This document shows positions 9,978-19,602 of a DNA stretch of 63,061 bases, in pieces (positions within the stretch are counted from its first letter, which is position 1; each line of letters starts with the position of its first letter). The translations under genes were made by a program, and so were the position numbers. The stretch is from NCBI GenBank assembly GCA_965223505.1, contig CBDCWP010000001.1, positions 1 through 63,061 of the forward strand. The letters are read 5' to 3'. The notes below the pieces were generated by a model that was given only the letters and a program-made list of their open reading frames with translations, made no database searches and was not told where the DNA came from. Source of the stretch: Planctomycetota bacterium (GTDB lineage Bacteria; Planctomycetota; PLA2; JAEUHO01).

Positions 9978-11089
9978 CGCAGCTCCAGGTCGACGTCGAG
10001 GCCTCGCGAGCCGACCGCAAGGCGTTCATCGAGCTTCCGCACCGCCTCTACCGCAAGCACCCCTACTGGGTTCCGCAGCCACGTTTGGCCGACAAGGCCC
10101 TGATGAACCGGCGCAAGAACCCGTTCTTCGCGCACGCGGACGCGCAGCACTTCCTCGCGCGCAGAGACGGTCGTGTCGTCGGGCGCATCGCCGCGGTCGA
10201 GAATCGCCGTCACAACGATACGCACGAGGATCGCGTCGGCTTCTTCGGCTTCTTCGACGTCGAGGAAGGCGATCAGGATGCGGCCACCGCCCTCGTAGAC
10301 GCCGCGCGTACGTGGCTGTCGACCCGCGACCTGGCGCCGATGCGCGGGCCGGTCAACTACTCGACCAACGACACGTGTGGCGTGCTCTTGGACGGCTTCG
10401 ACGAAGCGCCGACGTTGCTGATGCCGTACAACCGGCCCGACTACGACGCGCTGCTTCGCGGCGCGGGACTGACGCGGGTGAAGGAGCTGCTGGCATTCTG
10501 GATCAGCTCCGCGAATCCGGTTCCGGAGCGCTTCGAGCGGGTCGTGACGCGACGCCTCGGCCGGACGGGCACCTTGATCCGGCCGATCGACACGGCGCAA
10601 TTCGACCGCGAGATCCGGCTGCTACGCGATTTGTACAACCGGACGTGGGAACGCAACTGGAGCTTCGTCCCGGCGACCGACGCCGAGTTCGATCACGCGG
10701 CGAAGGACATGAAGATGCTCGTCGAGCCCGACGTCTCGGGCGTGGCCGAACGCGACGGCGCGCCGGTCGCGTTCTCGGTGTTCCTCCGCGACATCAACCC
10801 GATTCTGAAGCGGATGGACGGACGCGTGTTTCCGTTCGGATGGCTGAAGCTGCTGCTGGGGATCAAGCGCGTGAAGCGGTTGCGATGCATCTTGCTGGGT
10901 GTCGTGCCGGAAGCGCGGGGCGGCGCGCTCAACGAGGCGTTGTTCATTCGAGCGATGAAGCAGGCGGCGAGGATGGGCATCGAGGGCGCCGAGGCAGGTT
11001 GGGTCCTGGCGGACAACCGGGCCATGCGGGCGCCGATCGAAGCCGCGGGCGGGAAGGTCACCAAGCGCTATGCGATGTACGAGGGCTGA
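9974..11089 (+). CDS. GNAT-fold acyltransferase, candidate bacterial ceramide synthase (bCerS-like)
   Basis: FIELPHRLY..HPYWVP...KNPFF...FLARRDGRVVGRIAA...GFFGFFD...RGPVN...MPYN...WVLADN. The GTG start overlaps the spt stop (GTGA). Confidence 0.8.
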   Translation: MTQLQVDVEASRADRKAFIELPHRLYRKHPYWVPQPRLADKALMNRRKNPFFAHADAQHFLARRDGRVVGRIAAVENRRHNDTHEDRVGFFGFFDVEEGDQDAATALVDAARTWLSTRDLAPMRGPVNYSTNDTCGVLLDGFDEAPTLLMPYNRPDYDALLRGAGLTRVKELLAFWISSANPVPERFERVVTRRLGRTGTLIRPIDTAQFDREIRLLRDLYNRTWERNWSFVPATDAEFDHAAKDMKMLVEPDVSGVAERDGAPVAFSVFLRDINPILKRMDGRVFPFGWLKLLLGIKRVKRLRCILLGVVPEARGGALNEALFIRAMKQAARMGIEGAEAGWVLADNRAMRAPIEAAGGKVTKRYAMYEG

Positions 11090-11116
11090 CGACGAACGGA
11101 AGGCCCGCCGTGAAGA

Positions 11117-11338
11117 GTGAGCACCGCTCTTGGATCCGATGCGTCCAAGCGTCAGCCCCCCCACCTGCGTGTCGTGCCCGAGCCCGTTGTCGCCGGAAGC
11201 CTCGCACAGATCGCCGAGCGAGCGCACCCGACGACGGACTTAGCGTGCCTGTTTGAGGGCGCCACGGTCACGAACACGGGCACGGTATCGAGCACGACAC
11301 CAGGTGAGCACCGCGCTTGGATCCGATGCGTCCGAGCG
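11117..11338. repeat. two direct copies of a 35-bp palindromic REP-like element
   Basis: GTGAGCACCGC(T/G)CTTGGATCCGATGCGTCC(A/G)AGCG at 11117-11151 and 11304-11338, each with a CTTGGA..TCC(A/G)AG stem, between convergent genes. Confidence 0.75.
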
Positions 11339-11371
11339 AAACGCCCGCCCTCCGACCGGTACGTCGTCCCC

Positions 11372-12454
11372 TCAACGAGGCGGAGGCGCCTTGGCCTCGA
11401 TGGGCTGCTTCAAACGCTCGCGCAGCGCCGCTTCGTTCGTCTTGAACCAGTTGCGGAAGCTGCGCTGAACGCGCTGGCGCTCGTTGCGCCCCAGATGAGA
11501 CGAAAAGTTGAAGTCCGTCTGCGTGATGCCGACCAGCGCCTCGTTGGCCGCGGTGCGCACGAGGTCGTCACGGTCGTTCAGGGCGTCGATCAACGCGGGG
11601 ACGGCGTCGACGGACTCGATTCCGCCCAACGCCGTCGCGGCGCCGAGCCGCGCGTAGAAGTCCTTGTGGTCCTTGAGCACCTTGACGAGCGGCATCGCGG
11701 CGCGCAGATCCTTGAGCTCGTGCAGCTTGACCGTCGCCGTGAACACGATGTCGTTGTTCTTGTCCTCGAGACGATCGATCCAGCGCTTGACCTCGGCCTC
11801 GTGGTCCTCGTCGACCTCGGGCTCCTGCGCGACCGGCTCGGAAGGCACGGGATCCGCAGGCGGATCGACGCGGTCGGGCACGTCGGGAACAGGCCGGTCC
11901 TTCAGCGACTGCAGATCGTTCGCAATCCGGTTGATCTCGTCGCGCCAGGCCAGAATGTTGCGCATCTCCTCGTTCACCGTCGTGATGTTGTCGTCCGCCT
12001 TCTTGAAGAGATCGCGGACGTTGGTCTCGAAGGTGTCGAGCTTTCCAACGTGCTTCGAGAGCGCAAGGTGGATCTCGTCCCGATGCTCGCGCGCGGCGTC
12101 GAGCGCCTCCTTGAGCTGGGTCGCCTGCTTCGCGTTGGCCTCCTTCGTCACCTTGACGAGATGATCCTCGGTCTCCTTGGCGACCTCGCGGATGCGCGCC
12201 TCGACGACGTCGGGCACGGTGGGCGTCCCTTCGTCCTTCGGCGTGAGCTGCATGACGACGAGGAAGGTCGTCAGCGCGGCGGCGTAGAGCGCGAGGCCGA
12301 ACGTCACCCACGCACGCATGCCGGTGCGCTGCAACACGCGCTTGAGCGCGTGCGAAACGTACATGCTCTTCTTGCCGACCGTGATGGCGCGTCCGGCTTC
12401 GAACTCGCTATCCGGGATGGACTCGTTGGAGATGGCGCAGAATTTGATTTCCAT
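11372..12454 (-). CDS. membrane-anchored coiled-coil/HEAT-repeat protein
   Basis: TM (AWVTFGLALYAAALTTFLVV), coiled coil, Pro-rich linker, HEAT repeats (ARLGAATALG...VPALIDALNDRDDLVRTAA). Confidence 0.8.
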   Translation of the reverse strand: MEIKFCAISNESIPDSEFEAGRAITVGKKSMYVSHALKRVLQRTGMRAWVTFGLALYAAALTTFLVVMQLTPKDEGTPTVPDVVEARIREVAKETEDHLVKVTKEANAKQATQLKEALDAAREHRDEIHLALSKHVGKLDTFETNVRDLFKKADDNITTVNEEMRNILAWRDEINRIANDLQSLKDRPVPDVPDRVDPPADPVPSEPVAQEPEVDEDHEAEVKRWIDRLEDKNNDIVFTATVKLHELKDLRAAMPLVKVLKDHKDFYARLGAATALGGIESVDAVPALIDALNDRDDLVRTAANEALVGITQTDFNFSSHLGRNERQRVQRSFRNWFKTNEAALRERLKQPIEAKAPPPR

Positions 12455-12621
12455 GGTCGCCGCCTAGGGGGTCGGGTTGCGGGTCGGTCGCGAGGCACCG
12501 CCTCGCCTTCTTTCAAACGCCGGACGCCGCCGATCGGCTCCGGTTTGCTGGGAATCCGCCGCGATCGGCCTGCAATGGGGCCTGGACCCCGCGAAGGCCG
12601 CGTCGCGACGGATGGAGATGA

Positions 12622-13578
12622 TCACTTGCCGCCCGCCGGAGGCTCCCCCTTGGGCTGCCCCAACCGATCGCGCACGGCCTGCTCGTTCTCGCGCCACCAC
12701 TGTATTGCCGTGTTGCGCGCTCGCCTCCGCTCCTGGATCCGCGCCGTCGCCGAGATCTTCGTGTCGTAGCCCGTGATCAAGTAGATCGACTTGTTGGCCG
12801 TCTGCGCCACCTTGTCGTTCTTGTCCACCAACGCCTCGATGAGCGGCTCGACGGTATCCGCTGAGGCCAGGGCGCCGAGCGCCGTCGCGGACGCCATGCG
12901 GGCGAATGGCTCCTTGAAGTTCCCGAGAATGAACACGAGCCGGTCGGTCGCTTCGAGCACCTTGTACTTGCGCACCGTCTCGATGGCGGGCCACGCGACG
13001 CGATAGTCGTCGCTTTGGATGTCCTTGAGCGCCTTGGCGATCTTGGCCTTGACCACGTCCGGGTCTTCCATCTTGGTCGGCGGCAGCTTGGGCGTGTCGT
13101 CCTCGACCGGCTTCTGCGTCGGGGTGCCGCCCTTCTCGATGACGCGCTCGATGACCGCGGGCCGGTCTTCCACCTCCTTCACGCGCCTGCGCAGCGCCGC
13201 GACCTCCTGGCCCAGCTTGGACAGCTTGCCGGCGACGTCCTCGAGACCCTTGATGCGCTCTTCCATCGCTTCGAGCGTCCCGGCGTTCAGCCGCGCGGCG
13301 CTCTCCGCCTGCTCGTCGATCTTCTGGAGGCCCGCGACGGTCTCCTTGCGCAGCTTCTCGATCCGCGCGAGCCGCACGTCGAGATCCTTCAGCTCCTCGA
13401 GAACGGCGCTCTTCGCCTGCTTGCGCGCCTCCGTCACGGCCTCGCGCAGCTCGACGCTGCCCGCGCTCTCCGCCGGCGCGCCGGTGGCGGGCGCCGGGGC
13501 CGCCTCGGAGCGGTCGAGGAGCAGATAGGTCGATACACCCGCCGCGTAGAGAGCGAGCACCACCATCAGTTTCGACAT
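12622..13578 (-). CDS. secreted/anchored coiled-coil/HEAT-repeat protein
   Basis: N-terminal hydrophobic MSKLMVVLALYAAGVSTYLLL, coiled coil, HEAT repeats (ARMASATALG..VEPLIEALVD). Confidence 0.8.
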   Translation of the reverse strand: MSKLMVVLALYAAGVSTYLLLDRSEAAPAPATGAPAESAGSVELREAVTEARKQAKSAVLEELKDLDVRLARIEKLRKETVAGLQKIDEQAESAARLNAGTLEAMEERIKGLEDVAGKLSKLGQEVAALRRRVKEVEDRPAVIERVIEKGGTPTQKPVEDDTPKLPPTKMEDPDVVKAKIAKALKDIQSDDYRVAWPAIETVRKYKVLEATDRLVFILGNFKEPFARMASATALGALASADTVEPLIEALVDKNDKVAQTANKSIYLITGYDTKISATARIQERRRARNTAIQWWRENEQAVRDRLGQPKGEPPAGGK

Positions 13579-13689
13579 GATCGAAGGACTCCGCGCGGGA
13601 CGCAATCGACGCAACGCCGCGCCGATTCAAAGCTTACCAGCCCCCGACCATCGCGAACCGAATGCCGACGAACCGCGACGCGGGCGCCC

Positions 13690-14073
13690 CTAGCCGTCCC
13701 CGCCCGCCGACCCGGGCGTCTGCTCGTTCGCGACACGCTGCTTCATGAGTCGGCCGACCTTGAACTTGACGACGCGCTTGGCCGGAACGCTGACCTTCTC
13801 GAGGGTGCGCGGGTTCTGCGCCTTGCGGGCGGCGCGCTCCTTGATCTCGAAAACGCCGAACTCGCGGAATTCCAATCGGTTACCGCGACCGAGCTCGTCG
13901 ATGATCTCGTCGAGGAACATCTGGATGATGTCCTTCGCGACCACCTTCGTCTGCTTCGTCTTCTCGGCGATGCGCGAAACGAGCTCCTTCTTGGTGATCG
14001 TCCGCGGTCGCGCCGGAGGGGCGTTCTGCGAGGACCAGGAAGGGGGCGTTTCCATCGACATCGTTCCTCTCAT
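13690..14073 (-). CDS. HU/IHF-family DNA-binding protein
   Basis: TKKELV...LEFREFGVFEIKERAARKAQNPRT...VKFKVG. True start may be the internal Met at 14061. Confidence 0.93.
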   Translation of the reverse strand: MRGTMSMETPPSWSSQNAPPARPRTITKKELVSRIAEKTKQTKVVAKDIIQMFLDEIIDELGRGNRLEFREFGVFEIKERAARKAQNPRTLEKVSVPAKRVVKFKVGRLMKQRVANEQTPGSAGGDG

Positions 14074-14190
14074 TGCCTCGCGCCGAACGGCACCTCGTTC
14101 CCCACCCCGGCATCTCGCGAGGCGCCGCCGAGATGCCCCCGACGTACGGACGAAGGATATACGATTTTCCGTAGATCCTTTACCTGCATC

Positions 14191-14219
14191 ACTTTACGTC
14201 TGGCCTACGGGGGTGTCAA
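14191..14219 (-). promoter_or_regulatory. sigma70-type promoter of the HU/IHF-HEAT operon
   Basis: TTGACA-N17-TAAAGT on the minus strand, inside an AT-richer patch. Confidence 0.65.
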
Positions 14220-14295
14220 AGGTCCCGGCCGGAATTCCGGTCGTGCCTTCCCGGGGCCGAGCGGTAGCCTCGCTGCCCCATTGGGAGAGCCGCAC

Positions 14296-14709
14296 GTGGC
14301 CAAGTCGAAGATCCCCAACGCCCTCGAGATGCGCGATCTGAAATACGGCGACCGCACGGATGCCGAGCGTGACGCGCTGGCGATCACCCTGCGCGAGGCC
14401 GATCGCCGCTCCGAGGCGCTGCTCCTGTTCGAAGGCCGCCCGGACGCGCCCTTCCTGCGCGAGGAGCGCGTCTGGGCGGAAGAGCAGGGTGCCGCCTTCC
14501 ACCTGCGGTCCCTCGATCTGATGGGTGTGGAGATCCCGCCGGCGTCCTGGCAGGCGTGCGCCGCGACGGCCGAACGCAGGGAACGCTGGATGGACGCGCG
14601 AACGTGCTACGAGGCGCTCGGCGACGACGAAGCCATCGCGAAGATCGCCGAGCACCTACCGCCGTCGCTGCGGCCCGCGTCGGAGGAAGAGGCCACGGCC
14701 GAAGACTAG
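14296..14709 (+). CDS. hypothetical helical protein
   Basis: GGGAGAG RBS then GTG; GC3-biased codons; VAKSKIPNALEMRDLKYG...; fills the gap between HU and a convergent gene. Confidence 0.65.
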   Translation: MAKSKIPNALEMRDLKYGDRTDAERDALAITLREADRRSEALLLFEGRPDAPFLREERVWAEEQGAAFHLRSLDLMGVEIPPASWQACAATAERRERWMDARTCYEALGDDEAIAKIAEHLPPSLRPASEEEATAED

Positions 14710-16934
14710 TTCTCGCGGTCTTCCTCTTGCTTCTGCTTGCGCAGCGCCTTGCGCGACGCCGCGATCTTCTGCATCAGCGGGCTGTCGGCGTCGGCGCCGC
14801 GCTTCTTCAGGATCTGCTCTGCCTCGTTGAGTAGCTTGAACGCGCGCCCGTATCGGCCAAACCACTGTCCGAGGATCCACGCCGCCTCGATGCGCGCTTC
14901 GACGTGATCTCCGTCCGCCAGATAGGCCATCTCGAACTTCTCGAGCGCCAGCTCCCTGGCACGATCGTTGCCGTCCAGCAGATGTTGATGGCCCTGACGA
15001 TAGAGCTCCGCGCCCATCTCCTTCGAGCGGATCTTCTGGTGCTCGTACTCTTCGATCAGCTTCTTGCGGGACGCGGCGTCGGGCGCGTGCCGAATCGCCT
15101 CCTCGATCAGCGGCAGTCCTTCGCTCCAGCGCTTGAGCTCGCACAGCGAGTACCCGGCCACGGTGAGGTACTGCGAGTTGCGCGGTTGCAACCGCGCCGC
15201 CATGCGGAAGGCCTCGGTCTTGCGCTCGCGCTGGCCGAGCGCCTCGAGACAGACACCGATCGAGAAGTAGACCTCCGCGGCTCGCCGCACCTTACGGAGC
15301 GAATACTGCTTCGTGACGTCGCCCTCGTCGTCCGTGGTCTGCTGCAGCAGGGGATCGAGGCGCTTCGCCTCGTTGTAGGCGAGCAGCGCTTCCGCCGCAC
15401 GCCCGCGCGCGAGCAACACGGCGCCGAGCTCGATCGACGTCTCGATGCGGCCCTTCCCGGCCGGATGTTCGTTCGCCCGGCGCAGCACCTCGTGCGCGCG
15501 CTCGAGCTTCTGACGCCGTAGCCGAACCCACCGCTCGCGTTCGGGATTGGGCTGTCCCTCTGCATCCATGCTCGGTAGCGAGATCGATTCGAGTCGGGCG
15601 GCTTCCGCCTCTTTCCGCAGACGCCGGCCCAGGCGAAGCAGCGCGCCGATGTGATCCGGATTGCGCTCGAGCAGCTGTTCGTGGAACGCGTCGTCGCTAC
15701 GCCACGCCTGCGCCTCCCTGCGGGAGAGCACACCCAGCGCGAGCACGGCGACCAGCACGCCGACGGCACCCGGCGTGGCGTACGAGCCCACCGGCACGCG
15801 CCGTACCCAAAGCGCTTCGATCAAAACGCCTGCGACGGCGAAGAGGGGGATCAACACGACGTAGGCGAAGCGGTTCTCCAGCGGCGCCCCGATCGGCTGG
15901 ATCAGGATGGCCGGTATCGCCAGCGCAAGCGTCAGCAGCCAGGCGAGACCAGGCAGTCGGCAGCGGCGAGAGGCGACGAGGAACATCACGACCAGCGTGA
16001 TGCCGATCGCCAGCGCGCACGCGACCGCGGCCGCGCCTTCGACGACGTAGCCCTCGCCGGGCACGATCTCGTCGGTGTGGTCGCCGCGGAAGCTGATCGG
16101 GATCGCGAGCCGGATCAACAGTCGACCCAGGCCGGCGAACCCCACGAGCAAACGCGCGTCGATCGACTGTCGCGGCACGTCGGCCGCGGCATCGACGGGT
16201 CCCGTCCACAACGTGAGGAACAGGACCAGGCTCAGCGCCATCACGCCGTAGCCCGCAAGCCGCGGCAGCGACGTCGGACGCCGGTTCGCCGCGAGGTCCG
16301 TGAGTAGGAGCGCGAGCGGCAGCCCGAGCGCGGCGTCCTTCGAGAGCAGGGCGAGGAACCAGCAAAGCGCCGCCAGCGGGAGCCACGCGAAGTTCCGGCC
16401 GTCGAACGCGCGCCACCCGAGCGCGGCGAGGAGCGTGAAGAGCAACGCCAGCAGATCGGCGCGGCCCGCCAGCAGCGAGACCGTACCGGTGTGCAGCGGG
16501 TGAACCGCGAAGCACAGGGCGGCGCCGAGCGCGACGACCGGCCTGCCGGGCGCGAGGCGGAGAATCACCGCCATCAGCAACCAGGCACAGAGGCTGTGGA
16601 GCAGCAAGTTGGTGAGGTGGAAGCCGAACGGCTCGAGGGTCCCGTCGTTCGCTTTCCACAGCGGCGACTCGAGGGCGAACGAGGCGAGCACGAGGGGGCG
16701 ATAGGCGTTGGGCTCCATCTCGCCGGGCAGGGTTCCGGCGGCGAAGATCGTGCGCAGCGCTTTCGGCCCCCGCAGGACCTCGGGGTTCTCCGAGACGAGC
16801 GCGGCGTCGTCGAGGACCCATTCGTTGGAGAGCACGGCGCCCTGGGCGAGCCACGCGACGACGATCACCAGGAACGGCGCCCATGCGGGCAGCCGGGAAG
16901 GAGTGTCGTCGAGGGCGGGCGGCGATTCGCTCAT
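14706..16934 (-). CDS. TMTC-like GT-C membrane glycosyltransferase with C-terminal TPRs
   Basis: NEWVLDD acidic pair, YRPL, FHLTNLLLH, AVHPLH, GRADLLA, LLSKD, multiple TMs, then TPR helices. Confidence 0.82.
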   Translation of the reverse strand: MSESPPALDDTPSRLPAWAPFLVIVVAWLAQGAVLSNEWVLDDAALVSENPEVLRGPKALRTIFAAGTLPGEMEPNAYRPLVLASFALESPLWKANDGTLEPFGFHLTNLLLHSLCAWLLMAVILRLAPGRPVVALGAALCFAVHPLHTGTVSLLAGRADLLALLFTLLAALGWRAFDGRNFAWLPLAALCWFLALLSKDAALGLPLALLLTDLAANRRPTSLPRLAGYGVMALSLVLFLTLWTGPVDAAADVPRQSIDARLLVGFAGLGRLLIRLAIPISFRGDHTDEIVPGEGYVVEGAAAVACALAIGITLVVMFLVASRRCRLPGLAWLLTLALAIPAILIQPIGAPLENRFAYVVLIPLFAVAGVLIEALWVRRVPVGSYATPGAVGVLVAVLALGVLSRREAQAWRSDDAFHEQLLERNPDHIGALLRLGRRLRKEAEAARLESISLPSMDAEGQPNPERERWVRLRRQKLERAHEVLRRANEHPAGKGRIETSIELGAVLLARGRAAEALLAYNEAKRLDPLLQQTTDDEGDVTKQYSLRKVRRAAEVYFSIGVCLEALGQRERKTEAFRMAARLQPRNSQYLTVAGYSLCELKRWSEGLPLIEEAIRHAPDAASRKKLIEEYEHQKIRSKEMGAELYRQGHQHLLDGNDRARELALEKFEMAYLADGDHVEARIEAAWILGQWFGRYGRAFKLLNEAEQILKKRGADADSPLMQKIAASRKALRKQKQEEDREN

Positions 16935-17055
16935 TGCGGGGACCGGGCAGCACCTTACGAGGTCGCGGGTCTACAGAGGAACGAAACGGCGTGAAGCGGG
17001 TTCGATTCCGAGGCGGGGCCCCAACCGACGCGGGCGCGACCGACGCGCGCCGTTG

Positions 17056-17220
17056 GCGGGGCGCCCTCGTGGCTGCTCAATCGGGCGACCACGCCCCGAC
17101 ACCCGCACGATCAGGTGCACGTTCACGTGCACGTGGAGCAGGACCTGTAGGGGCAGCCCTTGTGGCTGCCCAATCGGGCGACCACGAGGATCTCCCCTAC
17201 GGGCGACGACGCGCCCCTAC
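17056..17220. repeat. GTAG-family REP/REPIN cluster
   Basis: GTAGGGGCAGCCCTTGTGGCTGCCC-AATC-GGGCGACCACGAGGATCTCCCCTAC at 17147-17200, a decayed copy at 17056-17100, and a CCCCTAC-ended half at 17201-17220. Confidence 0.8.
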
Positions 17221-17224
17221 GTCG

Positions 17225-19333
17225 CTACTTTCCCCAGTCCGTGCGCTTCGGCGGAACGTAGTCGTAGTCCGACAGGTCCATCGTCAACAGCCTCTTGAGA
17301 TGACCCTCGAACTCCTTCTGCATCTCCTCGAAGTCCTCTTCGTACTGCACGCCGAACGCCTGCCGGAAGCACCGGGCACCTTCGGTCGGCCCCTCCGGAC
17401 GCAGCATGTAGTTGTCGAAGAACGTGTTGAACTTCTCGCGGTACTTGCCGTTCTCGAACTCGTGCAGGAAGTGCACGAACGCCCACCCCTGTTGATAGAA
17501 CATCCCGCGCACGAAGCCCGGCGGCAGCTGCCAGTTCCGGCCGCCCCACATGTCGACCTGATGGTAGGTCGTGAACTGAATGAGCTGGTGCAGCGGGAAG
17601 ATCGGCATGTCCTTCTTGAACTTCTCCTTCACCGCGGACTGCACCTGCTTCATGCCCTTGATGCGCGGCACGTTGATGCCGTGGAACTGCACGTCGCGCG
17701 CCTTGTTGATCTTCACCGAGCCGATGTACTCGGCCAGACCCTCGCCGATCCAGTCCTGCGCGAACTTCGGATGACGCCACTTCGTGCGCTGACGGTTGAA
17801 CCAGTGCTCGAGTTGGTGCACGCCCTCGTGGACCGTCTTGTTGATCTCGAAGACGCGGCCGTCGGTCTCCTCGTCGTAGAGGTAGATCCAGCCGGTCTTG
17901 GGATGGAAGTAGCCGCCGACGCCGGGTGAGATGCCCTCGCCCTTGACCTTGTTGTGGTACTCCATCCAGCTGTTCTTGTCGCTGAAGATCCACACGACGA
18001 GCGGGCACCCGTCGACGAAGCTGCGGTAGGTCGCGTCGATGTCCGGCCGGCCACCCCACGGGTCCATCAGGGGCTTGAGACCGAATCGGTCCTTGTAGCG
18101 CCGCGTGAACTCCGCGTACAGCTGCTGATAGAGACGCGCCTTCTCGTCGAGAATGATGTCCCACTTCTTGCGCTTCTCTTCGAGCTCCTTGCGCTTCTCC
18201 GCGCGCTCCTTGCGGTCCTCGATGCCCATGAGCTCGTACTCGGACATGCGCTCGTTGCTGGAGTAGCAGATCATGTACGGCTCGGCCCAGCGCGTCGCGA
18301 AGTTGTAGTCCTTGAAGAACTCGTCGTTCTTGATGTTCGATCGGATGCTGTCCATCGCGCGGAACTTGTGGTCGTTCTTCAGCCGCTCGACGTGCGCTTC
18401 CGTCTCCTTCTGCGCCTTGAGCGCGAGGTCGTACTCTTCCTGGTCCTCCGGGAGCTTGAACCAGCGCTTCTTCGACGCGGTGACGGCGGCCTGGATGTAC
18501 GGGTAGTTCGGGTTGATCTCGTTCGAGACGACGTAGCCGAACTTCTTGTAGCCGAGCGCCTTGCGCGCCTCCTCGTCGTCGAAGCCGACGCCGTTGATGA
18601 ACTCCTCGTAGAGCTCCTTGAGCTTGGCCTCGCCCTTTCGCCCCAACGCCTTCAGCCGGCTGAAGTACCCCTGATAGTCACCCCTCGTCGTCGGCGCGTC
18701 CTTCGCCAGGTCCGCTACGACGCTCGAAAGCGTGTCCGCGGGCTGCGGCGGGGTCTCGACGACCGGCGTGTTCCCGGCGCCGTTCCCGTTCGTGCCCGTG
18801 TCTCCCTCGTTGTTGTCACTCGACGAGAGGATCAAGGCAGCGGCAACGGCCACACCGACGAGCGCGACGGCCGCGATCGGCAGCATCGCCTTGTTGCCTC
18901 CGCCCCCACGCGGCGGTGCGCCGCGGCTCGGACGGCCGCCCGCGCGGCCACGGCCCGCGGGCGCCGCCGCGACCCGCGTCTTCGGCGCGCGCGCCGGTCC
19001 GGACGGCTTTTGGCCGCCGCGCTGCACGGGCTGGTACTGCGGGCCCCGCGACGGCGCGGCGGGACCGCCCTGGACGGCCTTGCCGGGCGTGCGGGCGGCA
19101 GGCGACCTGCCGCCTCGCGACGGTGCGCGTCCACCGGGCTTGCGCCCTGCGGGCGCTCGGGCTGCGGGCGTACTCGCGGCCTGACGGCCTGCGCCCGGCG
19201 TGCGCGCTGCGGGCGCGCCGCCGGTGTGGGCGGTCAAGACGACGCCGCACGAACCGCAGGTGAACTGCTGTCCAGGCGAGAACGCCGACACGTCGAACTG
19301 GGCGCCACAGGCGTGGCAGGCTTGCAACTTCAT
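17225..19333 (-). CDS. zinc-ribbon, TM, HExxH (DUF1570/gluzincin-like) membrane protein
   Basis: CHAC..CGSC ribbon, Pro/Ala/Gly/Arg linker, one TM, then GGYF...HEGVHQL...WIGEGLAEY. GGAGAAGG RBS before ATG 19333; the frame stays open upstream to 19606. Confidence 0.8.
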   Translation of the reverse strand: MKLQACHACGAQFDVSAFSPGQQFTCGSCGVVLTAHTGGAPAARTPGAGRQAASTPAARAPAGRKPGGRAPSRGGRSPAARTPGKAVQGGPAAPSRGPQYQPVQRGGQKPSGPARAPKTRVAAAPAGRGRAGGRPSRGAPPRGGGGNKAMLPIAAVALVGVAVAAALILSSSDNNEGDTGTNGNGAGNTPVVETPPQPADTLSSVVADLAKDAPTTRGDYQGYFSRLKALGRKGEAKLKELYEEFINGVGFDDEEARKALGYKKFGYVVSNEINPNYPYIQAAVTASKKRWFKLPEDQEEYDLALKAQKETEAHVERLKNDHKFRAMDSIRSNIKNDEFFKDYNFATRWAEPYMICYSSNERMSEYELMGIEDRKERAEKRKELEEKRKKWDIILDEKARLYQQLYAEFTRRYKDRFGLKPLMDPWGGRPDIDATYRSFVDGCPLVVWIFSDKNSWMEYHNKVKGEGISPGVGGYFHPKTGWIYLYDEETDGRVFEINKTVHEGVHQLEHWFNRQRTKWRHPKFAQDWIGEGLAEYIGSVKINKARDVQFHGINVPRIKGMKQVQSAVKEKFKKDMPIFPLHQLIQFTTYHQVDMWGGRNWQLPPGFVRGMFYQQGWAFVHFLHEFENGKYREKFNTFFDNYMLRPEGPTEGARCFRQAFGVQYEEDFEEMQKEFEGHLKRLLTMDLSDYDYVPPKRTDWGK

Positions 19334-19602
19334 GGCGTGTCCTTCTCCGAGCCGTGCGTCGGCCGCGGGCGTTCGGGCGCTGGATGTCGATTCCGGGCCC
19401 GAAGGGGGCTGTTTATAGCACGCGTCCGTCGGGTCGAGGTTCGAGGTCCGATCCCTACCTCGCAAGCCCTGCACGCGTGATTGCAGGTCCTGAGAGGGAC
19501 CGAAGTCGGGTGTCGGGTCGCCGATGCGGCGCAGGTTCGCGGCCAGGGCGTCGTCGGCCCCGGGGCCGCTCTGCGGCACGTCGGCGGGCGGTCGAGAGGT
19601 CG

